From Clostridia bacterium (GTDB taxonomy: Bacteria; Bacillota; Clostridia; Oscillospirales; CAG-272): a stretch of DNA of 64,000 nucleotides. The stretch spans positions 66,803 to 130,802 of the forward strand of contig JAGASL010000044.1 of assembly GCA_017621755.1 (NCBI GenBank), written 5' to 3'. Shown piece by piece: positions 26,891 through 35,678 of this stretch. Both the position numbers and the translations under genes were made by a program. The number at the start of each line of letters is the position of its first letter. The first letter of the stretch is position 1. Under the pieces are notes generated by a model. That model saw only the letters and a list, made by a program, of their open reading frames with translations. It made no database searches and was not told the origin of the DNA.

Positions 26891-28021
26891 TTATTGCCCC
26901 AGCGTCATCAAGAGGAAGAGCAGTGCCCCGGCAACCAGAATACCGGCGCCGACCAGCAGCGCAATTTTGAGCGCCGAAAGCGGGGAATGCCCTGCCGGCT
27001 TGCCCGTTTCGCCGTTTACCAAGAACTGATAGGTCTTGCCGTGGTAGGAATAGGCAGAAAGCCATACGGGCAGCAGAATGTGCTTGAATTTTACCGCCTC
27101 GTAATGGTGGTGGTAGCGCATGCCGCGATAGGTATCGTAGCCAAGCGAGGCTTCAATGTGCGCCTCCATGCGCCGGTCCATCAGGCGGCGCACCGTCTCA
27201 AACCCGGCGGCCAGGCCAATGCTATATCGCTCGGCCAAAAAGCCGGCCAGATAGGCGGGGTTATAGGGATGCAGGATCTTGAGGCTAAAGTTCCCCAGCT
27301 TATCCAGCAGCCCGCGATCCAGCTTGGCGGTAGCGGGGCAGGGTACGTTGTCAAAATCCATATGCATACGCCCGCTGACTGGGTACCAATCGGTATGGGT
27401 GCGTGTGCGCGTTTGCGTTTTGCCGTTTACACGCACGGTATAGTGCTCGACCCGGCGGCGGCCGCCAAAGCCGCTATAGGAGGTGTCAAGCGAGGCATCA
27501 AAGGTCCAGAAGGGGATATAAACGCCCCTCATCTCTTGTCGCTTGGCCTCTTTTTGAAAGGCGCGCGGTGCCAGCCATTGCTTTTTTGCCCAGCCGGTAA
27601 ACTGCTCGCGCGCCGCCTGCTCTGAAATGCGGAAGGGCATCATAGTCTCGGGCAGGATGATTTTGGCATCGGCCGGCGCTTCTGTTACGTAATGTGAGGA
27701 GCAGAAGGGGCATGAGGCCGTCATGGCGGCGGCACCGATCACCGTATCTGCCCCGCAGGAGGGGCAGGTCAGCAGCTGCCCGGGCTCGGTCTCCCATTGC
27801 GGCGCATCGTAACGATCCTCATCCGGAAAGTACATATATTCGGCCGCCTCGCTTGCCTCGCCTGGTATCTCTACCTCACTTTGGCAGTATTCGCAGTATA
27901 GCTTGTCCTTTTCAGGCCGGTAGGCCATTTGGTTGCCGCATTGCCGGCAGGGAAAGCCGATGGCGTTGCTTTTGCGCGGCCCCTCGCCCTTTGCGGCTTG
28001 CGCGGTATGCTCGTCTTGCAT
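26891..28021 (-). CDS. double zinc-ribbon protein with C-terminal membrane anchor (function unknown)
   Basis: CRQCG...CEYC and CPSCG...CPFC ribbons, a ~230-aa conserved-looking domain and a terminal TM helix (LKIALLVGAGILVAGALLFLLM). Confidence 0.55.
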   Translation of the reverse strand: MQDEHTAQAAKGEGPRKSNAIGFPCRQCGNQMAYRPEKDKLYCEYCQSEVEIPGEASEAAEYMYFPDEDRYDAPQWETEPGQLLTCPSCGADTVIGAAAMTASCPFCSSHYVTEAPADAKIILPETMMPFRISEQAAREQFTGWAKKQWLAPRAFQKEAKRQEMRGVYIPFWTFDASLDTSYSGFGGRRRVEHYTVRVNGKTQTRTRTHTDWYPVSGRMHMDFDNVPCPATAKLDRGLLDKLGNFSLKILHPYNPAYLAGFLAERYSIGLAAGFETVRRLMDRRMEAHIEASLGYDTYRGMRYHHHYEAVKFKHILLPVWLSAYSYHGKTYQFLVNGETGKPAGHSPLSALKIALLVGAGILVAGALLFLLMTLGQ

Positions 28022-28086
28022 GGTGTCTTGCTTCCTTTTTGTGAGTCATAAAAGGGGTTCTTACAGAATAGAATGAAGCAGGATCC

Positions 28087-28335
28087 TCAGAACTGCTTTT
28101 TCAGCTGGTCAAGGCAATCGTGGCAGATCAGCTTGCCGTGGAAATAGATCACGTTCTGCGCATTGCCGCAGAACAGGCAAGCGGGCTGGTATTTGCCAAG
28201 AACGATTTTATCACCCTCTACAAAGATCTCCAGCGAGTCACGGCTTTCAATGCCAAGCGTATTGCGGATCTCGATGGGAAGAACGACTCTGCCCAGCTCG
28301 TCGATCTTTCGTACCATGCCGGTGGATTTCAGCAT
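28087..28335 (-). CDS. AbrB/SpoVT-family DNA-binding protein with C-terminal CxxC...CxxC extension
   Basis: MLKSTGMVRKIDELGRVVLPIEIRNTLGI (SpoVT-AbrB swapped-hairpin domain), then CLFCG...CHDC. AAGGAGG lies 8 nt upstream of ATG 28335. Confidence 0.8.
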   Translation of the reverse strand: MLKSTGMVRKIDELGRVVLPIEIRNTLGIESRDSLEIFVEGDKIVLGKYQPACLFCGNAQNVIYFHGKLICHDCLDQLKKQF

Positions 28336-28529
28336 CTTGGTCACCTCCTTCGTTTTTCGGGGTATTCTGACATAAGAATACCATAATATTCCATTTTTGT
28401 CAAGTAATTTCCAAATATTTTCTTTTTCGACGGCAAAAAAGACTCGACAAATTTCGCAAAAGCAGAAAATGGGGTTTGCCCGCTGTGTGCCGCCTTGGCG
28501 GTCTTGCTCTCTCCTTTAGGAGGTTTGTG

Positions 28530-29441
28530 ATGGAAGAGCGCTTTGCTTATATTTGCCAATGCCTGCCGCCGCCTCTGCGTGGGGTGATTTCTCGCATGCG
28601 AGAGGGGCAGGCGGATTTCTTGTCTCGCCTAGCAGAGCTGCGCTTGCGCGCGGGTCATCATGCTGCCCTGCTTTATGATGGCAAAAATCTCACGCTGCCG
28701 GTTGCTTGCACGCAGGAAGAGATCAAAGAGGTGTTTTCTTCTCTTTGCGGCGGCTCGCTATATGCGCATGGGGAAAGTCTGCGACGGGGGTATATATGTG
28801 CGCACGGCTGCCGTGTTGGTGTGGCCGGGCGCGCCGTGTGGGAAGGGGGGCAGGTGGTGGGGCTGGCAGACGTGACCTCACTATGCATTCGCCTGCCGCA
28901 CACCGTGCCCGGTGCGGGAGCGGTCGCAGAGGAGACCTTTTTTCAGCTTGGCTGCCGGGCAGGACTGCTGATCTATTCGCCACCTGGCGGGGGTAAGACC
29001 ACCATGCTGCGCGAGCTGGCGCGCTCGCTTTCCTCTGGCGCGCAAGCAAAGCGCGTGGCGCTGGTGGATGCACGCGGCGAGCTGTATGACGAGAATTTCC
29101 CGGCCGCCTGCCAGGTAGACGTGCTGCGCCATTATCCACTCGCCATGGGGATAGAGATGGCCACGCGTACCCTCGCACCCGAGGTGCTGATTTGTGACGA
29201 GATCGGCAGCATGCAGGAGGCGGAGGCAATTCTTTCCGTGCAGGGCTGCGGCGTACCGCTGATCGCCTCTGCACACGCAGCCGCATTGGGGGAGCTGCTT
29301 GCTCGCCCGCCCATTGCGCTGCTTGCTAAAAATGGGGTGTTTGGCGCCTATATCGGTATTGCCCGGCGGGGAAACACCTTTTCGTATGACGTGTCTGAGG
29401 CGCAAGAGATGCGGGAGGTGACCCTATGCTACAGCCAATAG
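28530..29441 (+). CDS. spoIIIAA: stage III sporulation protein AA (ATPase)
   Basis: Walker A SPPGGGKTT and Walker B LICDEIG. It is the first gene of an 8-gene spoIIIA cluster. GGAGG RBS upstream of ATG 28530. Confidence 0.85.
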   Translation: MEERFAYICQCLPPPLRGVISRMREGQADFLSRLAELRLRAGHHAALLYDGKNLTLPVACTQEEIKEVFSSLCGGSLYAHGESLRRGYICAHGCRVGVAGRAVWEGGQVVGLADVTSLCIRLPHTVPGAGAVAEETFFQLGCRAGLLIYSPPGGGKTTMLRELARSLSSGAQAKRVALVDARGELYDENFPAACQVDVLRHYPLAMGIEMATRTLAPEVLICDEIGSMQEAEAILSVQGCGVPLIASAHAAALGELLARPPIALLAKNGVFGAYIGIARRGNTFSYDVSEAQEMREVTLCYSQ

Positions 29442-29908
29442 GGGCGCTTTTTTTGATCGGGGCTTCGTTTTACCTTGGCTACCATTTTTCGGTGATGGAG
29501 GGGCGGCGCGTGCGGCAAAGCGAGGGCTTTGTGCTGCTTTTGCGCCATATCCGCGCCGGCATTGTCTGCTATGCAAGCCCCCTTGGGGAGATCTATGCCG
29601 GGTTTGAAAACCGCGCCTTAGAGATATGCGGCTTTTTGCCCGCCCTGCGGGCAGGGGGCTTTGCCCACGCCCTGCGCCTTTGCCGTGACCGGCTGTATAT
29701 CGAGGGTGAGGAGCTTTGCTGCCTTGCCGCCTTTGCCGGGCAGGTGGGGCAGGGCTACACGGCAGAGCAGGCGGGCTTGTGCGATTATACGATCGCCGAA
29801 ATGGAGCGGGCTCTGCAGCGGCGGCAGGAGGAGGCACCGCGCCGCGCGCGCGCGGCGCGGTCGCTTACCGTGTGCGGTGGCTTGATGCTGCTGCTATTGC
29901 TGCTTTGA
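29426..29908 (+). CDS. spoIIIAB: stage III sporulation protein AB
   Basis: Position, size (~160 aa), N- and C-terminal TM helices and overlap with spoIIIAA. Confidence 0.75.
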   Translation: MLQPIGALFLIGASFYLGYHFSVMEGRRVRQSEGFVLLLRHIRAGIVCYASPLGEIYAGFENRALEICGFLPALRAGGFAHALRLCRDRLYIEGEELCCLAAFAGQVGQGYTAEQAGLCDYTIAEMERALQRRQEEAPRRARAARSLTVCGGLMLLLLLL

Positions 29909-29939
29909 TCGATCACGAAAGAAAGGATACGTAAGAGAA

Positions 29940-30134
29940 TTGGACGTGAGTCTTGTATTAAAGGTAGCGGGGGTGGGGCTGCTGGTTTCGGTGGCACAGC
30001 AGATCCTTTCCCGCACCGGGCGAGAGGAGCAGGCCATGCTTGTCTCGGTCGCCGGCATCGTGCTGGTGCTTCTGCTGCTGGTAGAGGAGATCGGGCGGTT
30101 GTTTGCCCTGGTAGAAAGTGTGTTCGGCTTTTGA
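29940..30134 (+). CDS. spoIIIAC: stage III sporulation protein AC
   Basis: 64-aa two-TM protein (KVAGVGLLVSVAQQIL..GREEQA), collinear with B. subtilis SpoIIIAC. Non-ATG (TTG) start. Confidence 0.8.
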   Translation: MDVSLVLKVAGVGLLVSVAQQILSRTGREEQAMLVSVAGIVLVLLLLVEEIGRLFALVESVFGF

Positions 30135-30514
30135 GCCTGCGTGAGGTGTGCGCCATGGCGGTGCTGGCGGCGGCGCTTGGCTGGCTGCTGAAGACGGCCG
30201 GGGCAAAGCATGCTGGCGCAGTTTCGATGGCTGCTGGGATTTTTCTCTCGCTTTTTGCCATTTCTCGCTACCGCGAGCCGGTGCGTGCCATGCTTGAAAT
30301 GGCCGAGCAAGCAGGGGTTAGTGCCTCTGTTGCCGCTATTTTGAAAATGATGGCGGTGGGCTGCCTTTCTACCATAGCGGCCGATATTTGTCGCGATATG
30401 GGTGAGGCAACCATGGGTGCCAGGATCGAGCTGTGCGGCCGCGCGGAGATCGTGCTGCTTTGCCTTCCCTTTTTGCTGGAGCTGTTTTCCGTAGCCCTTG
30501 AGGTGGTTTCATGA
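30131..30514 (+). CDS. spoIIIAD: stage III sporulation protein AD
   Basis: ~125-aa polytopic protein with the ...IELCGRAEIVLL... motif. Position in the operon fits. The start codon is uncertain. Confidence 0.75.
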   Translation: MSLREVCAMAVLAAALGWLLKTAGAKHAGAVSMAAGIFLSLFAISRYREPVRAMLEMAEQAGVSASVAAILKMMAVGCLSTIAADICRDMGEATMGARIELCGRAEIVLLCLPFLLELFSVALEVVS

Positions 30515-31629
30515 AAAAACGGGTGTGGTGGATTCTTCTTTTGTTGCTGCTGCTTTTTTTCTTTTCCTTGCCCGTAGTCGCCGTAGAGGAAAAGGAGCTG
30601 TTTGCCGATTTCTTTGATGCCCTGCCACCAGGGGTACAGGACGAGCTGGCTGGCATGACTGCGCCAGAGGATGCTGCCGATCTGATAGGGGCAGAGCAGC
30701 TGCTTACTATGGTTGTGGATAGCCTGCGGGGAGAGCTGACGGCTTCGCTGCCTTACCTCGCGCGCCTGCTTGGTCTTGCGCTGCTGCTGGCAGCCCTTTC
30801 ACACCTGGCAGAGGGCTTCGGCGAGGGAGAGGGGCTTCGTGCTGCTGAATGTGGCATCCGCATTATTCTCGTTTTAGCGCTTTATCACCTGGCAGCAGAG
30901 GATGTTGCGCGCACCGTCACGGTGCTGACCGATATGCGCCGCTTCTCGGATGGGCTGCTGCCCGTCTTTGCCGCGCTGCTGGCAGGCGGGGGCAGCACAG
31001 GCACGGCCGTTGCCTCCTCGGGTGGCTTTGCGGCTATGTCCTATCTCTTAGAGCATGCTGCTGCCGGGGTTTTGCTGCCGCTTTTGCGGGTGCTGTTTGC
31101 TTTTGCCTTGGTGATGGCAGCGGGCGGGCGGCATCAGCTTGGCGGCATTGCCGCCACGGTCAAGCAGCTGTATCTGACAGTGCTGGGCTTTCTTATGCTG
31201 CTGCTAACGGCCTCGCTCGGCTTTCAAAGCACGCTGGCCGCCTCGGCCGATTCGCTGGCGGCACATTCGATCCGCTTTGCCGTTGGCAATCTGATACCCG
31301 TGGTGGGCGGTAGTCTGGGGGGCACGCTGCGCACGCTGGGAGCCTCACTTTCGCTATTAAAAAGCACCGTGGGGGCTTTAGCGGTAGCGGCGCTGCTGCT
31401 GTTTACCCTGCCGGCATTGATCAGTCTGCTGCTGCATCGCTTCCTTATTTCGCTGGCGGCCTCGCTTTCCAGTATGCTGGGCAGCGAGCGTGCTGCCCAG
31501 GCCTTCGGCGAGTTTCGTGGCATTTATGACCTAGCAGCCGCTACGCTGGCTATGTGCCTGGTGCTTTTTTTGCTGATCGTGAGTATTTTAGCCCGCTGCG
31601 GACTGGCGATCGGCGCGGTGGGGGGGTAA
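30511..31629 (+). CDS. spoIIIAE: stage III sporulation protein AE
   Basis: Signal peptide plus a multi-TM permease-like body (NLIPVVGGSLGG). Operon position fits. Confidence 0.85.
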   Translation: MKKRVWWILLLLLLLFFFSLPVVAVEEKELFADFFDALPPGVQDELAGMTAPEDAADLIGAEQLLTMVVDSLRGELTASLPYLARLLGLALLLAALSHLAEGFGEGEGLRAAECGIRIILVLALYHLAAEDVARTVTVLTDMRRFSDGLLPVFAALLAGGGSTGTAVASSGGFAAMSYLLEHAAAGVLLPLLRVLFAFALVMAAGGRHQLGGIAATVKQLYLTVLGFLMLLLTASLGFQSTLAASADSLAAHSIRFAVGNLIPVVGGSLGGTLRTLGASLSLLKSTVGALAVAALLLFTLPALISLLLHRFLISLAASLSSMLGSERAAQAFGEFRGIYDLAAATLAMCLVLFLLIVSILARCGLAIGAVGG

Positions 31630-31632
31630 GAG

Positions 31633-32109
31633 ATGGGGGAATACGTTCGCGACCTATTGCTTGCTTCTGCCATTGCGGTACTGGCCGGGCTGCTTTTGCC
31701 ACAAAAGCCAGAGCGCACGCGCCGCCTGATCGAGCTTGCCCTTTCTTTGCTGGTATTGACCGTGCTTTGTCGTCCGCTTTCTAGCGGTCTACGTGGCGAG
31801 GGGATCCTTGCGCAGATCACACTCCCTTCCTATCAATATGGTGATGGGCTTTTCACGCAGGAAACGCTTTCAGAAATGGAGAGGGCGGTAGGGGAGGGGG
31901 TTGAGCAGGATCTTGCTGCTCACTACGGTGTGCCCGCCTCCTGTATCGAGGCAAGCGTGACCCTTGCGCTGCAGGAAGAGGAGCTGACGCTCTCTTCGCT
32001 TACGCTGACCCTCTCGGGCGAGGGGCTGCTGCTTGACCACGTTGCCGTGCAGCAGTATGCTGCAAAGACCTATCAAACCTATTGTGAGGTAAAACCGTAT
32101 GGGAGATGA
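31633..32109 (+). CDS. spoIIIAF: stage III sporulation protein AF
   Basis: Size, two N-terminal TM helices and operon position. Confidence 0.7.
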   Translation: MGEYVRDLLLASAIAVLAGLLLPQKPERTRRLIELALSLLVLTVLCRPLSSGLRGEGILAQITLPSYQYGDGLFTQETLSEMERAVGEGVEQDLAAHYGVPASCIEASVTLALQEEELTLSSLTLTLSGEGLLLDHVAVQQYAAKTYQTYCEVKPYGR

Positions 32110-32578
32110 AAGAACGTTACCGAAATATATCAAGGCCCTGCGCGGCAAATGGGCGCTGCTGCTGCTGGCGGCAGCCGGGGTGCTGCTACTGTTGCTGGGC
32201 GGTGGGCAGCCGGCTGCGCAAGCGGCCCCCGACAGCAGCGAGGAGGCTGCCCGCACCGAGGCCTACCGCGCCGCCCTGACCGAGGAGCTTTGTACCCTGT
32301 GTAGCCGAGTGCGCGGTGCCGGGCGGGTAGAGCTGGTGCTAACGCTTTCAGGCGGCGAGGAGACGGTTTACGCCACCGATGTAGGGCAGGATGGCCGTAC
32401 CGACTACGTGCTTTCGGGTGGCGAGGGGCTGCTCTTGTATCGCAAGCCACCTGCGGTGCTGGGGGTAGGCGTAGTGTGTGACGGTGGCGGCGACCCCGCC
32501 GTCTGCCATGAGTTGACGGCGCTGCTTTCCGCCACGCTGGGCATTGGCAGCAATCGTATTTATATTACCTGCACGTAG
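32099..32578 (+). CDS. spoIIIAG: stage III sporulation protein AG
   Basis: N-terminal TM, C-terminal ring-building-motif-like region (GAGRVELVLTL...GVGVVCDGG) and operon position. Confidence 0.75.
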   Translation: MGDERTLPKYIKALRGKWALLLLAAAGVLLLLLGGGQPAAQAAPDSSEEAARTEAYRAALTEELCTLCSRVRGAGRVELVLTLSGGEETVYATDVGQDGRTDYVLSGGEGLLLYRKPPAVLGVGVVCDGGGDPAVCHELTALLSATLGIGSNRIYITCT

Positions 32579-32650
32579 CTGTCATATTGCCGCCACGCGG
32601 CGCATATATATAAAACACATGAAAAAAAGAAAACCAGGAGGAAATTCCCT

Positions 32651-33223
32651 ATGTCAAACGGAAAAATTTTTGGAAAGCAGGGCTTTTTCGCAAAGCTCGG
32701 CAAGCGCAATCTGCTCATCATCGGTGCGGTGTTGCTGGTAGGTCTGGCTGTTTATCTCAACTACATTTGGTTCTATGACCCCATGTCCTCGATCGGCTAT
32801 GGCGATAACAACATGCAGGATCAGTACGGCGATGGGCAAAACAGCCCCACCGGCGGCACGGTGGCAGAATCCTACTTCACCTCTGCCCAGCTCAGCCGCG
32901 AAAAGGCGCGTGACGAGGCGCTGGAGGTTCTGCAGACCGTGGTAGCAAGCGAGGATGCCCTGCAGGAGACCAAGGATACGGCCCTGGCCGATATCTCGCG
33001 CATCGCGCTGGATATGGAGCAGGAAGCCAATATTGAAACGCTGGTAATGGCCAAGGGCTTTGAAAACTGCGTGGCAGTTAAGAGCGGCGATCAGATCAGT
33101 ATTATCGTAGAGAGCGACGGCCTGCTGCCCAGCCAGGTAGCCCAGATCAAGGAGATCGTTTTCGAGGAGACCGGCATTAAGCCCGCCGGCGTTAAGATCA
33201 TCGAAAAGGTGACCGAGGCGTAA
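32651..33223 (+). CDS. spoIIIAH: stage III sporulation protein AH
   Basis: N-terminal TM, SpoIIIAH-like C-terminal domain (FF..A.L.RE..R...) and last position in the operon. Confidence 0.75.
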   Translation: MSNGKIFGKQGFFAKLGKRNLLIIGAVLLVGLAVYLNYIWFYDPMSSIGYGDNNMQDQYGDGQNSPTGGTVAESYFTSAQLSREKARDEALEVLQTVVASEDALQETKDTALADISRIALDMEQEANIETLVMAKGFENCVAVKSGDQISIIVESDGLLPSQVAQIKEIVFEETGIKPAGVKIIEKVTEA

Positions 33224-33234
33224 ATCAATAAGCA

Positions 33235-33258
33235 AAAGGCTCCCGTTTGGGAGCCTTT
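33235..33258 (+). terminator. hairpin after spoIIIAH
   Basis: AAAGGCTCCC / GGGAGCCTTT stem. The U-tail is weak. Confidence 0.5.
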
Positions 33259-33290
33259 CTGGCTGTATAGTGCTTTTTGTAAAAAATATA

Positions 33291-33737
33291 TTACATATCA
33301 ATACCGATTGACGTGTCAGCTATGTTAATAACCTTTAAGCCCTTTTTTGCCGCCTTTTGCGCCCAGTTGTAGCAATGGGAAACTTTGTATTTTACATAGG
33401 CGACGACAATATCTGCATTCTTGATAAGCCACTCATTTCTTTTGGATATTGCAAACCTTGGCAATGTCTTTTCAAACCCTTCGGGGAAAATAGTTATGTC
33501 TTGGCAGGCATTGATTGCTTTTTCGTTGATGTGTGACAGAACGATATGGTAACAGATGTCTTTTTGTGTTTGTGCAATTTCCTTCAAAGCACCCTGGACA
33601 TAATAGTCAAAGTTGCCATTATTACCTACATAAAATGCTTTGATGCCCTCAGCATTTATTAGTTGAATAATTGTTTTTTTCAGATTGTGCTTGATGCTAT
33701 CCGGTGCATCGGCATGGCCAAAGAAAATGCAAGTCAT
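33291..33737 (-). CDS. SLOG/DUF1273-like protein
   Basis: CIFFGH... N-terminus, ...SKRNEWLIKNADIVVAY... and ...AQKAAKKGLKVINIA C-terminus match the pattern I remember for DUF1273/SLOG (YpsA-like) proteins. GGAGGAAG RBS upstream of ATG 33737. AT-rich. Confidence 0.55.
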   Translation of the reverse strand: MTCIFFGHADAPDSIKHNLKKTIIQLINAEGIKAFYVGNNGNFDYYVQGALKEIAQTQKDICYHIVLSHINEKAINACQDITIFPEGFEKTLPRFAISKRNEWLIKNADIVVAYVKYKVSHCYNWAQKAAKKGLKVINIADTSIGIDM

Positions 33738-33753
33738 ATCTTCCTCCAAAAAA

Positions 33754-33819
33754 GTGGGATATATCGTATATTATAACACATATTTTTCAAAATTGCGATA
33801 TGTCCCACACGATATATCC
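33754..33819. promoter_or_regulatory. three copies of a GGGA(T/C)ATATCG motif in the divergent SLOG/HTH intergenic region (candidate operators)
   Basis: GTGGGATATATCG (33754-33766), then CGATATGTCCCAC (33796-33808) and CACGATATATCC (33808-33819) in inverted orientation. Confidence 0.5.
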
Positions 33820-33863
33820 TTATTTTGGATAAAATGTTGATATAGCGTATAAGAGGAGGGTGT

Positions 33864-34106
33864 ATGAATACAAAAGAAGCTGTTGCATGCAGAATTATAG
33901 AGTTGTGTAATGAAAAAGGCATCGCCATCCATGCGCTTGCCAATGCAGCAGGGGGTTCGCCTTCTACCGTTTACAGTATGCTTAATGAGAAGAGCCAAAA
34001 TCCCGGTGTCGTTTCCATTAAAAAGCTGTGTGATGGGCTCAATATTACGCTGCGCGAGTTTTTCAACACCTCGATGTTTGATGATATCGAGCAGGAGATC
34101 AAATAA
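33864..34106 (+). CDS. XRE-family helix-turn-helix transcriptional regulator
   Basis: RIIELCNEKGIAIHALANAAGGSPSTVYSML HTH core. GAGGAGGG RBS. Confidence 0.75.
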   Translation: MNTKEAVACRIIELCNEKGIAIHALANAAGGSPSTVYSMLNEKSQNPGVVSIKKLCDGLNITLREFFNTSMFDDIEQEIK

Positions 34107-34156
34107 AGAAACCGGTTTTTCTGCGCAAGGCATGAAAAGTCGGTTTTCTTTTTTTA
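34107..34156 (+). terminator. putative terminator after the HTH gene
   Basis: AGAAACCG ... CGGTTTTCT pairing followed by TTTTTTT. Confidence 0.4.
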
Positions 34157-34268
34157 GCATTTATCAAAAAGGTTTTTGAAATAAAAAGCCCCCGCCACTT
34201 GACTTTTTTGGCCGCGCGTGCCATAATGGTAGCGTAAGACTTTTTCACAGATGCAAAGGGTACTATTC

Positions 34269-35636
34269 ATGAAACGTTTCGTTGGTAAACCGGTAGACGT
34301 GACCGGCGGGCCACTGGTCTCCTCTATTTTGAAATACAGCATTCCCGTGATGCTGGGTAGCCTGATCCAGGTGCTGTTTAACGCGGCCGATATTGCCGTG
34401 CTGGGTAACATGGCAGATGGCGTGGCTGTTGCCTCGGTTGGTGTTACCAGCTCGATCGTGGCGCTCATCGTCAACTCCTTTGTCGGCCTTTCCTCCGGCT
34501 GCACCATCCTGCTGGCACGGTTTCTTGGCATGCGGGATGATAAACAAGCCAAGGACACGGTCAGCACCTCGATGGTTGCCTCGTTCTTTATCGGGTTGCT
34601 GCTTTCCATCATCGGCATTGCCGCCATCAAGCCGATGCTGACTATGATCGATTGCCCGGCCGATTGCTTTGAGGGGGCCTCGCTTTATCTGCTTATCTAT
34701 TTTTGCGCGATACCGGCCATTATGGTCTACAATTTTGGTGCCGCCATTTTGCGCGTGGACGGTGATACGGCAAGGCCGCTGACCTATCTGATCCTTTCCG
34801 GCCTGCTGAACGTAGGGCTGAACGTGATTCTATGCCTAACGCTGACGCAAAAGGTGGCCGCCGTAGCGATCGCTACGCTTGCCTCGCAGGTGCTGGGCGC
34901 TGTGCTGGTGGTCATTCGCCTGCTGCGCATGGAGGGTGCCTGCCGGTGGGATCTGCGCCACCCCTCCTTCTCGCCCTCGTTCCTTGGGCGCATTTTGCGC
35001 CTTGGCTTTCCCGTAGCGCTGAACGCCGCGCTTTACAGTATTTCTAACCTGCAGATCCAATCGGCCATCAACAGCTTTGGTACCGAGGCGGTGGCCGGCA
35101 ATACCGCCGCCCTGAACGTAGAGGGGCTGGTCAACAGCTTCAGCGGCGCGCTTGGCGTAGCGGCTGTGGCCTTCGTGGGGCAAAACATCGGGGCGGGGAA
35201 TCGCGACCGCGTGAAAAAAAGCATACTGACCTGCACGATCTTCAGCGTGTCGATCGGCATCGTGCTCGGCTTCGGTATCCTTTCTATTGGCGAGAACATT
35301 TTGGCTCTTATTGTGCCGGATGACCCAACGGCCATCGCCTACGGCTATATCCGTATGCAGTTCTTATTCTCTACGTTTTTCGTAGCCTGCTATAACAACG
35401 TGCTTGCCTCGACGATCCAGGCCTTTGGCCATACCGGCCTGCCCATGGCCACCTCGTTTGTTACGGTGCTTGGCTTCCGCGTTGCCTGGATGGCTTGGGT
35501 ATACCCCTTATACGGCATCATCCATAGCTTGTATTTCTGCTTTGTCTGCTCGTGGATCTTGACCATGCTGGTCAATACGGTGATCTTTGCCGTGATCTAT
35601 ATCCGTTACCGCCGCGGCCACGCCCGCGCGGTATAA
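34269..35636 (+). CDS. MATE-family efflux transporter
   Basis: 12-TM protein with MATE-type N-terminus (PVMLGSLIQVLFNAADIAVLG) and internal duplication. Confidence 0.85.
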   Translation: MKRFVGKPVDVTGGPLVSSILKYSIPVMLGSLIQVLFNAADIAVLGNMADGVAVASVGVTSSIVALIVNSFVGLSSGCTILLARFLGMRDDKQAKDTVSTSMVASFFIGLLLSIIGIAAIKPMLTMIDCPADCFEGASLYLLIYFCAIPAIMVYNFGAAILRVDGDTARPLTYLILSGLLNVGLNVILCLTLTQKVAAVAIATLASQVLGAVLVVIRLLRMEGACRWDLRHPSFSPSFLGRILRLGFPVALNAALYSISNLQIQSAINSFGTEAVAGNTAALNVEGLVNSFSGALGVAAVAFVGQNIGAGNRDRVKKSILTCTIFSVSIGIVLGFGILSIGENILALIVPDDPTAIAYGYIRMQFLFSTFFVACYNNVLASTIQAFGHTGLPMATSFVTVLGFRVAWMAWVYPLYGIIHSLYFCFVCSWILTMLVNTVIFAVIYIRYRRGHARAV

Positions 35637-35670
35637 AAAATACCCCCCGCTACGCGGGGGATGTTTTTTA
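35633..35670. terminator. bidirectional terminator
   Basis: CCCCCGC / GCGGGGG stem flanked by an A-run and a T-run between convergent genes. Confidence 0.65.
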
Positions 35671-35678
35671 TACTTGGC

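Noticed and set aside
28361-28392. Possible sigma-E-type promoter (GTATT-N15-CATAATAT) for spoIIIA
   Set aside because: The match to the kmATATT/CATACAhT consensus is loose and the region is generally AT-rich. It is not strong enough to annotate.
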